This document shows, piece after piece, positions 8,825 through 20,388 of a DNA stretch of 64,000 bases (positions are counted from its first letter, which is position 1; every line of letters starts with the position of its first letter). This stretch comes from an uncultured Bacteroidales bacterium. Lineage in GTDB: Bacteria; Bacteroidota; Bacteroidia; Bacteroidales; FEN-979. Made by a program: the position numbers and the translations under genes. The stretch is from assembly GCA_963768805.1 (NCBI GenBank), contig CAVYJI010000010.1, forward strand, positions 163,947-227,946, in the 5' to 3' direction. The notes beneath the pieces were generated by a model. It was given only the letters and a program-made list of their open reading frames with translations. It did no database searches and had not been told where the DNA came from.

Positions 8825-10822
8825 ATGAAAAAATTTATCCTGCTATGTTTAATAGGCCTGTTTGCATCCTCTTTGGTACACTCCCAGGAACCAAGAAGAG
8901 ACGGTGCATATTATTGCTCAAAAAAGAAAACAGCAATGAGCCGGAAAAGCCTTGAAATATTGAAAGAGGCATTTACCGGAGGACCTAAGCATAACTATGA
9001 TGTGTTAAGCTATACGATGAACCTGAATATTTATAACAGTTTTTTCAATCCCTTCCCGAAAAATTATGCTGCCACGAACATTATCCTGGCTAAAGCCGAT
9101 TCTGCACTTAATTTTATTGACCTGGATGCAAACACAATTTCATTAAAAATTGATTCTGTAAGTATGGCTGGCGTGTCTTTCACTCATAGCAATAATATTC
9201 TTACTGTACAACTTGACCGGTCGTACAACCCCGGCGAAGAATTCCAGGTTAAGGTTTATTATCATCATAATAATGTCTCGGATACTGCTTTTTACGCAAA
9301 TGGTGGCCACGTATTTACAGATTGCGAACCTGAAGGTGCACGCAAATGGTTTCCATGCTGGGATAAACCATCAGATAAAGCATTGCTCGACATTACTGTA
9401 AAGGTCCCTGCAGAAGCAAGGTGCGGATCCAACGGTGCCCTTGTTGATTCTACCATAAATGGAGATACCCTTACCTACCACTGGGCAAGTGCACAACCCC
9501 TGGCAACTTACCTTATGGTACTGACTGCACGCATGAATTACAACATTGATATTATCTACTGGCATAAGATAAATAATCCTAATGACAGTATCCCGCTGCG
9601 ATTCTATTTTAACCCTGGCGAAAACCCTGAGTATATTGAAAGCATCCTGCCTGGTATGGCAACCTACTATTCCCAGAACTATATTGAACACCCCTTTCAG
9701 AAAAACGGTTTTGCCACTTTGGACAACGAATTCATCTGGGGAGGGATGGAAAACCAGACGCTCACAAGCCTGTGCCCGGATTGCTGGATCGAATATCTTG
9801 TATCTCATGAATTTTGCCATCAATGGTTTGGAGATATGATCACCTGCGGCACCTGGGCAGATATCTGGCTCAATGAAGGATTTGCTACTTGGTCGGAATC
9901 TTTCTGGGTTGAAAAAACAGCAGGCTATTCAGTGTACCTCAGTGAGATACAGACCGATGCTTCAACCTATTTTACACAAAACCCGGGTTGGGCCATCTCT
10001 GTTCCTGAATGGGCCATCAACACCCCCTCCGTAGATACTTTGTTCAACTACGCCATTACTTACGAGAAAGGGGCCTGTATCCTCCACCAGATCCGCTATC
10101 TTCTTGGCGATACACTCTTTTTTCAATTGCTTCCTGCTTATTGTTCGGACACAAACCTAAAATTCAAATCTGCCACAATTGCAGATTTTAACGCAAAAGT
10201 CAACCAGGTGACCGGGGCAAATTATGATTGGTATTTCACTGATTGGATCTATCAACCTAACCATCCCACGTACCAGAATAAGTATAGTTTTGATAGTATC
10301 GGACTCAATTTGTGGCAGGTGAATTTCCTGGCGTCACAGGTACAGATTCATCCGGCATTCTTCAGGATGATGCTGAATTTCCGCGTGACCTTTGCAGATT
10401 CTTCATATACGAACTTCAGGGCTATGAATGATGTAAACAACCAGCTCTTCACCTGGATGTTTGACAAAAAACCTGTCAGATTCGAATTTGATCCCGATGA
10501 TGAGATCGTACTTAAACAGGGAACTACGGAGCTTGGAATCTCAGAACCCGTTGCCCTTGAAGACTTCATTCTGTACCAGAATATTCCAAACCCGGCAACC
10601 CATGAAACGAAAATCGTTTATGAATTAATGAAAGATTCACACGTTCACCTCGATATTATAGATATCACCGGAAAGATAATTGCTTCCCCTCTCGACGAAT
10701 ACGCTGTTAAAGGAAAACACTGGGTTGACGTTGACTGCTCAAGGTTCACACCGGGCAGCTATTATTATTCGATGCAAGCTGGTGATCACAAGCAAACACG
10801 ACGAATGATCCTCACAAAATAA
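8825..10822 (+). CDS. M1 family aminopeptidase with T9SS C-terminal domain
   Basis: Signal peptide from ATG 8825, preceded by TAATTTTG at 8790-8797; GGMEN, HEFCH-x18-E and YEKG motifs; C-terminal QNIPNP...YYYSM. Confidence 0.9.
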   Translation: MKKFILLCLIGLFASSLVHSQEPRRDGAYYCSKKKTAMSRKSLEILKEAFTGGPKHNYDVLSYTMNLNIYNSFFNPFPKNYAATNIILAKADSALNFIDLDANTISLKIDSVSMAGVSFTHSNNILTVQLDRSYNPGEEFQVKVYYHHNNVSDTAFYANGGHVFTDCEPEGARKWFPCWDKPSDKALLDITVKVPAEARCGSNGALVDSTINGDTLTYHWASAQPLATYLMVLTARMNYNIDIIYWHKINNPNDSIPLRFYFNPGENPEYIESILPGMATYYSQNYIEHPFQKNGFATLDNEFIWGGMENQTLTSLCPDCWIEYLVSHEFCHQWFGDMITCGTWADIWLNEGFATWSESFWVEKTAGYSVYLSEIQTDASTYFTQNPGWAISVPEWAINTPSVDTLFNYAITYEKGACILHQIRYLLGDTLFFQLLPAYCSDTNLKFKSATIADFNAKVNQVTGANYDWYFTDWIYQPNHPTYQNKYSFDSIGLNLWQVNFLASQVQIHPAFFRMMLNFRVTFADSSYTNFRAMNDVNNQLFTWMFDKKPVRFEFDPDDEIVLKQGTTELGISEPVALEDFILYQNIPNPATHETKIVYELMKDSHVHLDIIDITGKIIASPLDEYAVKGKHWVDVDCSRFTPGSYYYSMQAGDHKQTRRMILTK

Positions 10823-10849
10823 CCCTGACCAAATTTATTGAACCTGTAT

Positions 10850-12805
10850 ATGAAAAGAACCCGGCTCTTTTTTCTGGGATTGTCGTTACTTGTATCTGCA
10901 GGATCACAGGCACAAACCATCAGGTTGAAATCATCTATAAAACAGGTGGATACTTCCCATTACTACATGAAACATTCCTATGATGTTCTTAAGTATTGGC
11001 TGAATGTTGATCTTTATCATTGTTATCAGAGTCCTTATTCTACTGAATTTTCTGCAATCGAGGTAATCACCTTTAAGGTCGATTCTGCATTGAATTCAAT
11101 TCGCCTTAACGCAGTAAACTCCTCACTCCATATTGATTCAGTAGGGTTGAATGCGATCTCCTTCCTGCATGCCAATGATACTTTGAATATCCGTCTTGAT
11201 CGGACTTATCAGACGGGTAGTCTGGTGAACGTAAAGATCTTTTACAGGCATCAAAAAATCTCGGATCACGCTGTTTATTCTGACGGGGGCTTCCTTTTTA
11301 CTGATAATCCGCCGGAAGGCGCACGTAAATGGTTCCCCTGCTGGGACCGTCCTTCTGATAAAGCCCTTCTTGACCTGACTGCAAAAGTACCATTGAATGT
11401 AAGACTGGGATCGAATGGAAGTCTGGCCGATTCTTTAATAAGAGATGATACCATTTATTATCATTGGGTCAGCCGTGATCTCATCGCGACCTATCTTATC
11501 TCAATGACATCAGAAGTCAATTTTGCATTGGATATTGAATATTGGCATAAATTTTATCAGCCGAAAGACAGTATCCCGGTAAGATTTTATTTCCAATCCA
11601 TGCAGACTCCTGATTCCATAAAAGAAGCTGTCAAATCAATGACTGATTTTTATTCAAAGCTTTTTGGAGAATATCCTTTTGAGAAGATTGGGTTCGCTTC
11701 CTTGAATAGTTCGTTTCCCTGGGGAGGTATGGAAAATCAGACAATGATCAACCTGGCCTCAAATGGTTGGAAGGAAGGATTGATCTCCCATGAATTTGCT
11801 CACCAATGGTTCGGGGACCTCATTACATGCGGAACGTGGGCTGATATCTGGCTGAATGAAAGCTTTGCAACATATTGTGAATCATTGTGGCTTGAACATA
11901 GTTTGGGCAAACAGTCTTACAGGATGTTTCTTGAGAATAGGGCCAATCGTTACCTTGCCAACAACCCGGAGTTCGCCATATTCAATCCTTCCTGGGCAAT
12001 TCATACTCCTGACATTAATCTGCTTTATAACACACCAGTGATCTATGATAAGGGAGCTTGTATTCTTCACCAATTGAGGTACGTTACAGGAGATAGTGTC
12101 TTTTTCCATATACTAAAGGCCTATGCCACAGATACGGATTTTATATTCGGAAATGCAGTCACCAGCGATTTTATAGCCAGGACAAATGAGATAAGCGGAT
12201 CAAACCTTGATTGGTTCTTTGATGAATGGCTGAGGTCCCCGGGTCATCCCCTCTATTCAAATTCATTTGAGATCAGAAATGCAGGAGCAGGAAAATGGGA
12301 CTTAACACTACTTGTTTCACAAAATCAGAAAAACTCTGCTTTTTTTAAGATGCCTGTCCAGGTTAAAGTTGTATTTGTAGATTCTACCTTTTCAATGTTC
12401 AGGATAATCAATGACATGAATGACCAGATGTATGATTTCGTTTTTACAAAACAACCAGTCCGTCTTATCTTTGACCCTTTACGGAATATTCTGCTAAAAC
12501 ATGCCATAATAACCAGGGGGATCGAACCTTCTTACTTCAATACCGGATTTCGTCTTTTTCAGAATGAACCTGACACATTAAAAAAATCAACCACGATTAA
12601 ATATCAACTGCCGAAACCGTCATCGGTCAGGATAAGCGTGGTTGATTCGACTGGCAAGGAAGTCCTGCCTTTGCTTTTCAGGAAAAAGGATGCCGGTATT
12701 TTCACCTGCACGATAAGCTCCAAAAACCTCCCATCTGGAAATTACTTCTATAAAATGGAGGCGGAGAACTATAATGACACAAGAAGGTTGGTCGTAATCA
12801 AATGA
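10850..12805 (+). CDS. M1 family aminopeptidase paralog with (divergent) T9SS C-terminal domain
   Basis: Signal peptide; GGMEN, HEFAH-x18-E and YDKG motifs; shares long identical peptides with the upstream gene (e.g. PEGARKWFPCWD, ITCGTWADIWLNE). Confidence 0.9.
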   Translation: MKRTRLFFLGLSLLVSAGSQAQTIRLKSSIKQVDTSHYYMKHSYDVLKYWLNVDLYHCYQSPYSTEFSAIEVITFKVDSALNSIRLNAVNSSLHIDSVGLNAISFLHANDTLNIRLDRTYQTGSLVNVKIFYRHQKISDHAVYSDGGFLFTDNPPEGARKWFPCWDRPSDKALLDLTAKVPLNVRLGSNGSLADSLIRDDTIYYHWVSRDLIATYLISMTSEVNFALDIEYWHKFYQPKDSIPVRFYFQSMQTPDSIKEAVKSMTDFYSKLFGEYPFEKIGFASLNSSFPWGGMENQTMINLASNGWKEGLISHEFAHQWFGDLITCGTWADIWLNESFATYCESLWLEHSLGKQSYRMFLENRANRYLANNPEFAIFNPSWAIHTPDINLLYNTPVIYDKGACILHQLRYVTGDSVFFHILKAYATDTDFIFGNAVTSDFIARTNEISGSNLDWFFDEWLRSPGHPLYSNSFEIRNAGAGKWDLTLLVSQNQKNSAFFKMPVQVKVVFVDSTFSMFRIINDMNDQMYDFVFTKQPVRLIFDPLRNILLKHAIITRGIEPSYFNTGFRLFQNEPDTLKKSTTIKYQLPKPSSVRISVVDSTGKEVLPLLFRKKDAGIFTCTISSKNLPSGNYFYKMEAENYNDTRRLVVIK

Positions 12806-12832
12806 TCATTCAGTATTCCCTCAGGTCATGAA

Positions 12833-15289
12833 TTATATAAAATGGACTGGATCCTTCACTTTACCCTTCAGTAATGCCAGGTTATTCACTTCAGCCATTT
12901 CGCTTATGTAATGGAAGGTAAGTCCTTTAATATAATCAGGCATTATGTCTTCGATTTCTTTTTTATTGTCACTAGATAGTACAATATCTTTTATATCTGC
13001 TCTTTTGGCAGCAAGTATCTTTTCTTTGATCCCTCCCACCGGCAATACCCTTCCCCTTAGTGTGATCTCTCCTGTCATTGCCATTTTCTCCCTGACTTTC
13101 CGTTGTGTAAATGCAGAAGCAAGTGCAGTAAACATTGTAATGCCCGCAGAAGGCCCGTCTTTAGGAGTAGCTCCTTCAGGAACATGGATATGCACATTCC
13201 ATTTGCTGAATACTTCCGGGTCGATCTCAAAGACAGCTGCATGCGCTTTCAGATAGGCCAGTGCTATAGTTGCAGATTCCTTCATTACATCACCGAGGTT
13301 CCCCGTCAGGGTAAGGTCTCCTTTCCCTTTGCTGAGGCTCACTTCCACAAATAATATTTCTCCTCCTACAGAGGTCCAGGCGAGGCCTGTAACGACGCCT
13401 GCAATGTCATTATTAATCGCTTTTTCTGCCTGAAAGATAGGTGGCCCCATGATCTTGCGCAGATCGTCTTTCGACAGGTTCTTTTTGAATTTCTCGTTCG
13501 TTACAATTGATCGGGCTTTGTTGCGGATGACCTTTGCAATCGTTTTTTCAAGGCTCCGCACTCCTGCTTCACGGGTGTAATCGTCGATAATATCCTTCAG
13601 GAATTCGGTGCTGAATACCATCTGGTTCATTTTCACCCCATGTTCTGCCATTTGTTTAGGCACCAGGTGTCGGGTCGCAATCTGTACCTTTTCCTCAAGG
13701 AGATAACCAGGCAATTCAATTACTTCCATACGGTCACGAAGTGCAGGATGAACAGTTGTGAGCGTATTGGCGGTCGCTATGAACATAATCCGTGAAAGGT
13801 CGAATTCTGTTTCAAGAAAATTATCATAAAAAGCAGAATTCTGCTCAGGATCCAGGACCTCAAGCAAAGCAGCCTGCGGGTCACCATTGATATTCATTCC
13901 CATTACTTTGTCGATCTCGTCAAGGACAAATACCGGGTTGGATGATTTGACTTTTTTCAGGCTCTGTATGATCCGGCCGGGCATAGCCCCGATGTATGTC
14001 TTACGGTGTCCCCGCAACTCCGCTTCATCTCTTAGCCCACCCAATGACATACGGGTGTATTTTCTCCCCAACGCTCTTGCGATTGACCTTCCAAGAGAGG
14101 TCTTTCCGACTCCCGGTGGCCCTACAAGGCAAAGGATCGGTGATTTAAAGTCCTTTTTAAGTTTTATGACCGAAAGGTATTCCAGGATACGTTCTTTGAC
14201 TTTTTCCAGGCCAAAATGGTCCTCATCAAGTACTTGCTGGGCATGATGCAAGTCTAGATTATCATCGGTAAATTCACCCCAGGGAAGCTGGACGAGAGTT
14301 TCCAAATAATTGGTCTGGATCGAATATTCAGCTGCGGCAGGGTGCATTCGTTGAAGTTTGTTTATCTCCCTCTCAAATATCTCCGCAACCTCCTTTGACC
14401 ATTTCTTATCTTTGGCCTGGTCTTTCAGTGTATTTATTTCCTGGGCATTCTGGTTTCCGCCAAGTTCTTCCTGAATGGTCTTGAGTTGCTGGTTCAAAAG
14501 ATAATCTCGCTGTTGTTTGTCAAGATCTATCTTGACCTTGCTTTGTATCTGCTGTTTCAGGTCCAGTACCTGCAATTCACGCGTAAGATATTTAAGAACG
14601 CTGTTAGCCCGCTCCGAAAGATCGTGCACTTCAAGCAGTTTTTGCTTTTCTTCAAGTTCAATATTAAGATTGGAAGAAATAAAATGGACGACAAATGCAG
14701 GGCTTTCAATATTTTTGATCGCAAATGCTGCCTCTGAAGGAATATTTGGCGACTTGTTGACTATCTGAATGGCAAGGTCTTTCAGGGAAGAGATCAGCGC
14801 AGAAAACTCTTTGGTTGTAGATGAGACCTTCGGAGGCCTGTCGAATGGAGTAACTTTGGCTTTTATATAAGGCTCTGTCTGTAACGGTTCATTGATCGTA
14901 AATCTTCTTTTCCCCTGGATGATCGCAGTATTGCTTCCATCAGGCATCTGGAGGATCTTTAAAATATAGGCAACAGTGCCGACTAGATTCAGGTCCTTGA
15001 ATTCAGGATCTTCGATACCTGCATCTTTTTGTGCAACAGCTCCGATGATCCTGTCAGCTTTATAATAGTCCCTGATCAACTTTATCGATTTATCCCTCCC
15101 CACAGTGATAGGAATAACAACACCGGGAAACAGTACTGTATTCCGCAGAGGTAGGATCGGCAGGATTTCAGGGATCTCTTCTGAATTCATTGCTTCTTCA
15201 TCTTCTGAAGATAAAAGAGGAATGAATTCAGTTTCAGGATCGAGGATATCTGAGAAATATAGGGTTTGTTCTTTCAAAGGATTTTTCAT
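12833..15289 (-). CDS. lon: ATP-dependent Lon protease
   Basis: N-domain [11 protein letters not shown], Walker [16 protein letters not shown], catalytic PKDGPSAG and GGIKEK. Confidence 0.97.
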   Translation of the reverse strand: MKNPLKEQTLYFSDILDPETEFIPLLSSEDEEAMNSEEIPEILPILPLRNTVLFPGVVIPITVGRDKSIKLIRDYYKADRIIGAVAQKDAGIEDPEFKDLNLVGTVAYILKILQMPDGSNTAIIQGKRRFTINEPLQTEPYIKAKVTPFDRPPKVSSTTKEFSALISSLKDLAIQIVNKSPNIPSEAAFAIKNIESPAFVVHFISSNLNIELEEKQKLLEVHDLSERANSVLKYLTRELQVLDLKQQIQSKVKIDLDKQQRDYLLNQQLKTIQEELGGNQNAQEINTLKDQAKDKKWSKEVAEIFEREINKLQRMHPAAAEYSIQTNYLETLVQLPWGEFTDDNLDLHHAQQVLDEDHFGLEKVKERILEYLSVIKLKKDFKSPILCLVGPPGVGKTSLGRSIARALGRKYTRMSLGGLRDEAELRGHRKTYIGAMPGRIIQSLKKVKSSNPVFVLDEIDKVMGMNINGDPQAALLEVLDPEQNSAFYDNFLETEFDLSRIMFIATANTLTTVHPALRDRMEVIELPGYLLEEKVQIATRHLVPKQMAEHGVKMNQMVFSTEFLKDIIDDYTREAGVRSLEKTIAKVIRNKARSIVTNEKFKKNLSKDDLRKIMGPPIFQAEKAINNDIAGVVTGLAWTSVGGEILFVEVSLSKGKGDLTLTGNLGDVMKESATIALAYLKAHAAVFEIDPEVFSKWNVHIHVPEGATPKDGPSAGITMFTALASAFTQRKVREKMAMTGEITLRGRVLPVGGIKEKILAAKRADIKDIVLSSDNKKEIEDIMPDYIKGLTFHYISEMAEVNNLALLKGKVKDPVHFI

Positions 15290-15406
15290 AATAATTAAGT
15301 CAAAATGTCATGGAATGTACATTGGATTAAAGTATCCACGCTTATCAATTTGCATGCCAAGTATCGGGAAAGCAGGAAATGTGAAAATATCTTCAGGTAC
15401 GATTAC

Positions 15407-16597
15407 TTACATCCGTCTGTTCTTCAGTGTCAGGCGGTAAATATCAGTCAGGAGTGCACGTTCGGTTTCGTCAAATGTTATCCCACGCCTTTTGAATACC
15501 GCTTCAGCTACCTCAAGTGCCTTTTCCAGTTTGTAACCGGAATGACCGGTTGTACCTCCCCAGGTAAAAGAAGGGATAAAATTACGCTGAAACCCGGGGC
15601 CAAATATGTTAGAATTCACGCCAACAACAGTCCCCGTATTGAACATGGTGGCAATACCTGACTTGGAATGGTCACCCATAATAAGTCCGCAGAATTGCAG
15701 ATGTGTATTGACGAAGGTCTGCTTGCTGTAACTCCAGAGCCTGACACAATCGTATGTGTTTTTAAGGTTTGAAGTATTTGTGTCTGCACCCAGGTTACAC
15801 CATTCGGCAATGACAGAATGTCCGAGAAAACCGTCGTGCGCTTTATTAGAGTATCCGAATATCATTGAATTGTTAACCTCTCCTCCGACCCGTGAATAAG
15901 GGCCAATGGTCGTAGGTCCATAAAGTTTAGCAAGCATCTTTACTTGTGCGTGATCACAAATAGCGATAGGGCCACGAAGCATAGAGCCTTCCATTACTTC
16001 AGCGCCTTCACCGATATACACAGGACCATTAGTTGTATTGAGAACAGCGCAATTTACCTTTGCGCCTTTCTCAAGAAAGACCTGGTTATCTCCCAGGACA
16101 ACATTGGTTTTATTGAGAGGATATGATTTTCTGCCTTTGGTCAAAAAGTCAAAATCTTCACGGAGTGCGATATCATTTTTGGAAAAGATCTCCCATGTAT
16201 GGCTTACCTGTAACGGACGTTCTTTCACCTCGAGTTCTTGGATCCCTTCCGCGGGTGGGTCACCGGGTCTATCAAGTTCTTCGGCTGACATGTGCAGCGC
16301 TATGATGGTTTCGCCTGAAATGATGGTTTGCCCCGGCTCTAACTTCTGCACAAGTTCGATGATTTCATCTGTTGGGCAAACAGAACCATTGATAAGCACA
16401 TTGGTATCCTCTTTTATTGTGGGGTATTTCCGTGAAAGGTAATTATCGGTCAGAGATGATGTTTTAGCATTAAGGCGCTTTTCCCATTTTTCACGGATAG
16501 TCAGGATCCCTATCCTTATATCTCCAACCGGGCGCATAAAAGTCAACGGGAGAAGGGTTGTCCTGACGTTACTTTCGTCAAAGAGGATATAATTCAT
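15407..16597 (-). CDS. GlmU-family protein (sugar nucleotidyltransferase-like N-domain plus hexapeptide repeats)
   Basis: LLPLTFMRPVGDIRIGILTIREKW; SNKAHDGFLGHSVIAEWCNLGA; left-handed beta-helix repeats. Confidence 0.85.
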   Translation of the reverse strand: MNYILFDESNVRTTLLPLTFMRPVGDIRIGILTIREKWEKRLNAKTSSLTDNYLSRKYPTIKEDTNVLINGSVCPTDEIIELVQKLEPGQTIISGETIIALHMSAEELDRPGDPPAEGIQELEVKERPLQVSHTWEIFSKNDIALREDFDFLTKGRKSYPLNKTNVVLGDNQVFLEKGAKVNCAVLNTTNGPVYIGEGAEVMEGSMLRGPIAICDHAQVKMLAKLYGPTTIGPYSRVGGEVNNSMIFGYSNKAHDGFLGHSVIAEWCNLGADTNTSNLKNTYDCVRLWSYSKQTFVNTHLQFCGLIMGDHSKSGIATMFNTGTVVGVNSNIFGPGFQRNFIPSFTWGGTTGHSGYKLEKALEVAEAVFKRRGITFDETERALLTDIYRLTLKNRRM

Positions 16598-16683
16598 ATT
16601 CGTTCAAAGTGTTTGTAGAGTAGTTCCGATTTTCCATAATAAAATAATAACGGCTAAGTTAGGAATTATTGCCTGATAAGATA

Positions 16684-16718
16684 AAAAAAAGCCCCCTTTT
16701 TTATAAAAAAGGAGGCTA
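16684..16718 (-). terminator. Intrinsic terminator downstream of rpmE2
   Basis: Hairpin AGCCCCCTTTTTT-AT-AAAAAAGGAGGCT preceded on + by an A-run, which is the U-tract on the minus strand. Confidence 0.7.
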
Positions 16719-16738
16719 TAATATCTGATTTACCCTTC

Positions 16739-17008
16739 TCACTCTTTGTTTTTCTTCTCAATATGTTTGGAGTACCTGTTGTTGAATTTATCCACGCGGC
16801 CGGCTGTATCGATCAGTTTCATTTTTCCCGTATAAAACGGATGGGAAGTATGTGAAATTTCAAGCTTTACCAATGGGTATTCGAGACCGTCTTCCCAGAT
16901 GATGGTTTCCTTGGTCTGGACTGTCGATTTTGAAAGAAATGAATAGTCGTTAGACATATCCTTAAAGACAACCAGTCTGTATTCTTTCGGATGAATATCT
17001 TTTTTCAT
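16739..17008 (-). CDS. rpmE2: 50S ribosomal protein L31 type B
   Basis: [17 protein letters not shown]...SHPFYTGK...DTAGRVDKF; no CxxC motifs; minus-strand promoter TACTTTTG at 17037-17044. Confidence 0.95.
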   Translation of the reverse strand: MKKDIHPKEYRLVVFKDMSNDYSFLSKSTVQTKETIIWEDGLEYPLVKLEISHTSHPFYTGKMKLIDTAGRVDKFNNRYSKHIEKKNKE

Positions 17009-17102
17009 TTTATTAACGGATTTCAAATTCAGCGTGCAAAAGTAAAGGTTTTATTCGAATAATCAACAATTCAGAATGGAAAATTTTTAACTCAGAATAA
17101 AT

Positions 17103-18158
17103 CTATCTCAATCCAAGTAGGAACTTCATGGTATCGATCCCATCAGCATAATCTGATAATCCTGGCGTTTGCGCTTTCCCTGGCTGGCAGGAATACAGGG
17201 GGATTTCTTTTTTACATACTGTAACCTGGATTTCATTTTGTTTAACCAGAAGCTGATCAAGAAGCTGATTAATATCAGTATAATATTCATAGTATAAAAC
17301 AGATGGCGGTGAAGCAATGGCCTTGTTTTCCATCAAAAGTACAAAACCATTATCCATCACCGGGATTTGATTCAGCTGAAAAACTGAGCGGTAATAATCA
17401 TGATTGTTCATCCATTTATGATGCGTGGAGAAGCTTAAGTATCGCTGGAAAGCGTCGAACAGTGGTTCAAAATCATATCCCTCTGGAACATAAAGTTTTG
17501 ATACATTCCTGCATCCCAAACCAAAATAATGAAAGATATCATCTGCCAATCCACAAAATTCCTGTTGATTTTCATCACCGGCAATAATTGCTATGCCATT
17601 ACGATTCTGTCGAATGATATGCGGGACTTTTGAAAAATAGTAATTGAAATAATTTGCAGAATTGTTACTGCCTGTTGCAATAACGGCATCAAACCCCGAG
17701 AGCAGCTCTTTTGTGAATGTGATCCTGTCTTTCAACTCATTATTAAAATGAGCCAAAATGTTTGCAAGGGCAGGTAACAGTTCTGTGTCATCTGAAGAAA
17801 GCCTGCCGGTGAAACGATTTCCTGAAAGGATGACCGAAAGAAAATCATGAAAGCCTACCAAAGGTAAATTGCCTGCCATTATTACAGCCACATTTTTAAG
17901 TGCAGGATGGTTACCGGCGAAAGAAGTATAAGGCTCCAGCCATCTCTCCATGTTTTCCTTGTTGAGAGTGACACCCCATACTCGGAGCGCATATTCGATA
18001 GCTTCGCGTGTAAACCATTGATTCATCAGGTTTGCTTGTTGGATTGCAGTTTCCAGTCTTGAAAACAATGGGTCTCCCCCCCTGTCTTTTTCATCCAGAA
18101 AATCTCCAAGGAACTTGCCGAGTAATGCAAAAGGGTCTATTCTGCTTTTCCAATCCAT
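17103..18158 (-). CDS. Acyl-CoA reductase (LuxC-like, Bacteroidota type)
   Basis: IMAGNLPLVGFHD, VIATGSNNS and YFGLGCRNVSKLYVP motifs. Confidence 0.85.
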   Translation of the reverse strand: MDWKSRIDPFALLGKFLGDFLDEKDRGGDPLFSRLETAIQQANLMNQWFTREAIEYALRVWGVTLNKENMERWLEPYTSFAGNHPALKNVAVIMAGNLPLVGFHDFLSVILSGNRFTGRLSSDDTELLPALANILAHFNNELKDRITFTKELLSGFDAVIATGSNNSANYFNYYFSKVPHIIRQNRNGIAIIAGDENQQEFCGLADDIFHYFGLGCRNVSKLYVPEGYDFEPLFDAFQRYLSFSTHHKWMNNHDYYRSVFQLNQIPVMDNGFVLLMENKAIASPPSVLYYEYYTDINQLLDQLLVKQNEIQVTVCKKEIPLYSCQPGKAQTPGLSDYADGIDTMKFLLGLR

Positions 18159-18234
18159 CCTGTTATCTTTCCTGCAAATTTAACCGAATAAAAATAATGA
18201 ATTAACTTTGGACGTTTTGTAATAAACGACACTT

Positions 18235-19140
18235 ATGTTTACTCGTTGCCTGGCCTCCTTCCTGTTCTTCCTTACCGCTTTTTCACTTTCCCTGCAATCA
18301 CAGGAACATCTTAATTTATCAATTCTGGAAGATTCTTTAGCATCTGTTCAAAGAAAAATCATGAAGAGTGAGAATGATTCTGCCAGGCAATCTCTCAATT
18401 TCTGTTTCAAAAAAACTCTGAAAGCCGCGATCGAACTGCCAGGATCATTTGTTTATTCGTTCGATTCACTGAAGAAACTTGCCAAAATGACTTCCGGTGA
18501 TAAAAGATTCAGGATCTATAACTGGAACCTTCCCGTCACCGATGGCTCAAACCTCTATTTCTGCTTTTTACAGATCATAGATAAAAAGAATAAAAATAAT
18601 TTCAGGATTATTGAACTTAAAGACCGTTCGGACTCCATTCCTGACCCTGAACATAGCATATTAAACTCAAATAGCTGGTATGGTGCCTTGTATTACAAGA
18701 TCATTACGAAAAACTCTGTAAATGGTATGATCTATACACTTCTTGGATGGGAGGGTAAAAATCGGACTGAGATGCAGAAAATCATAGAAGTTCTTTCTTT
18801 CGATAATAATTACTTGCCTCATTTCGGGGAAACAATATTCAATAAATATAAAGACGGACAAAATAAACGCGTGATCTTCAGATATTCACCACTTGCTACG
18901 ATGGCGTTACGCTATGAAGAACAAGCCATTTCAAAAGGAAAAAAATGGAATGCCTCGCGTCAGACTTTTCAGGAAAGTCATTCAAAAGCCTCTATGATCG
19001 TTTGCGACCGGCTTATCTTGGCTGAGACAACAGAAAGCAAGTTACCTGTATTCGTTCCGGCAGGAGATGTTTACGATGGGTTTCTATTCCAAAATAACCG
19101 TTGGAATTTTATCCAGGGAGTCGATGCCAGGAATAAGTAA
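18235..19140 (+). CDS. Hypothetical exported protein
   Basis: 301-aa ORF with signal peptide and WYGALYY and YTLLGW motifs; TAACTTTG promoter at 18203-18210. Confidence 0.7.
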   Translation: MFTRCLASFLFFLTAFSLSLQSQEHLNLSILEDSLASVQRKIMKSENDSARQSLNFCFKKTLKAAIELPGSFVYSFDSLKKLAKMTSGDKRFRIYNWNLPVTDGSNLYFCFLQIIDKKNKNNFRIIELKDRSDSIPDPEHSILNSNSWYGALYYKIITKNSVNGMIYTLLGWEGKNRTEMQKIIEVLSFDNNYLPHFGETIFNKYKDGQNKRVIFRYSPLATMALRYEEQAISKGKKWNASRQTFQESHSKASMIVCDRLILAETTESKLPVFVPAGDVYDGFLFQNNRWNFIQGVDARNK

Positions 19141-19186
19141 ATCCCTTGCATTTGTAGTACATTCAATTATTTTTTTTATCAGATTA

Positions 19187-19219
19187 TTTGATTTTAATTG
19201 CTATTTTATTTTATCTTTG
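19187..19219 (+). promoter_or_regulatory. Bacteroidota sigma-A promoter for the serC operon
   Basis: TTTG (19187-19190), a 21-nt spacer, then TATCTTTG (19212-19219), matching the -33/-7 consensus. Confidence 0.75.
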
Positions 19220-19282
19220 TTTTTTTCTTTGGCATAAAAATCAACAACATAAATATATTTAACATTCTAACACTAAATCACT

Positions 19283-20353
19283 ATGAAGAAGCACAATTTT
19301 AATGCGGGTCCTTCCGTACTGCCAAGAATTGCCATAGAGAATTCCGCAAAAGCTATCCTTGACCTGAATGGCATCGGAATGTCATTGCTCGAGATATCAC
19401 ATCGAAGTAAGGATTTTCAGGCCATCATTGATGAAGCTGTTGCATTGTTCAAAGAATTACTGAACATTCCTGCAAATTACCATGTTTTATTTCTTGGAGG
19501 AGGTGCCAGCCTTCAGTTTTGCATGGTCCCTTATAATCTTCTGAAGACCAAGGCAGCCTACCTTGAAACAGGTTCATGGGCGCAGAAAGCCATTAAAGAG
19601 GCTAAACTTTTTGGCCCGGTAGAAGTCGTCGCATCATCCTCAGACAAGAATTTTACATACGTGCCGAAGAATTATACAATCCCGGCTGATGCAGATTATT
19701 TCCATATAACAACGAACAATACGATTTTCGGATCTGAGCTACATACAGATATTGATAGCCCGGTTCCCTTGGTTGCTGATATGTCCTCAGATATTCTTAG
19801 CCGTCCGGTGGATGTATCCAAATATGCCCTGATCTATGGAGGAGCTCAGAAGAACCTCGGACCAGCAGGCGTGACATTTGTGATCATCCGTGAAGATATC
19901 CTGGGTAAGGTAGACCGCCCAATTCCTACAATGCTCAATTACAAGACCCACATAAAGGAAGGATCACTTTTCAATACACCACCATGTTTTGCAATTTATA
20001 CATGTCTGGAAACCCTGAAATGGATCAAGAACCTTGGCGGCGTTCTTAAAATGGAAGAAATGAATCAAAAGAAAGCAAAGCTTCTTTATGATACCATTGA
20101 CAAAAGCAAGATCTTCACCGGGACAGTTGAAAAAGATTCACGCTCTCTGATGAACATCTGTTTTGTCCTGAAAGAACAATATAAAGACAAGGAAGATGCA
20201 TTCATGGAATTAGCAAAGTCAAAAGGCATGGTTGGTATCAAAGGGCACAGGTCGGTTGGAGGATTCCGTGCTTCAGTTTACAACGCATGTCCTATAGAAA
20301 GCGTCCAGGCACTTATCGATGCCATGAATGAATTTGAAAAAGCAAACGTATAA
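19283..20353 (+). CDS. serC: Phosphoserine aminotransferase
   Basis: NFNAGPS, EISHRS, ADMSS, PLP lysine in GAQKNLGP and [11 protein letters not shown]. Confidence 0.97.
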   Translation: MKKHNFNAGPSVLPRIAIENSAKAILDLNGIGMSLLEISHRSKDFQAIIDEAVALFKELLNIPANYHVLFLGGGASLQFCMVPYNLLKTKAAYLETGSWAQKAIKEAKLFGPVEVVASSSDKNFTYVPKNYTIPADADYFHITTNNTIFGSELHTDIDSPVPLVADMSSDILSRPVDVSKYALIYGGAQKNLGPAGVTFVIIREDILGKVDRPIPTMLNYKTHIKEGSLFNTPPCFAIYTCLETLKWIKNLGGVLKMEEMNQKKAKLLYDTIDKSKIFTGTVEKDSRSLMNICFVLKEQYKDKEDAFMELAKSKGMVGIKGHRSVGGFRASVYNACPIESVQALIDAMNEFEKANV

Positions 20354-20388
20354 TCCATATTCTGATAAAAAACTAAAATCGCTATAAT

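Noticed and set aside
17103-18158. LuxC-like reductase as evidence of bioluminescence
   Set aside because: No luxAB, luxD or luxE nearby. This acyl-CoA reductase family is common near serC in Bacteroidota.
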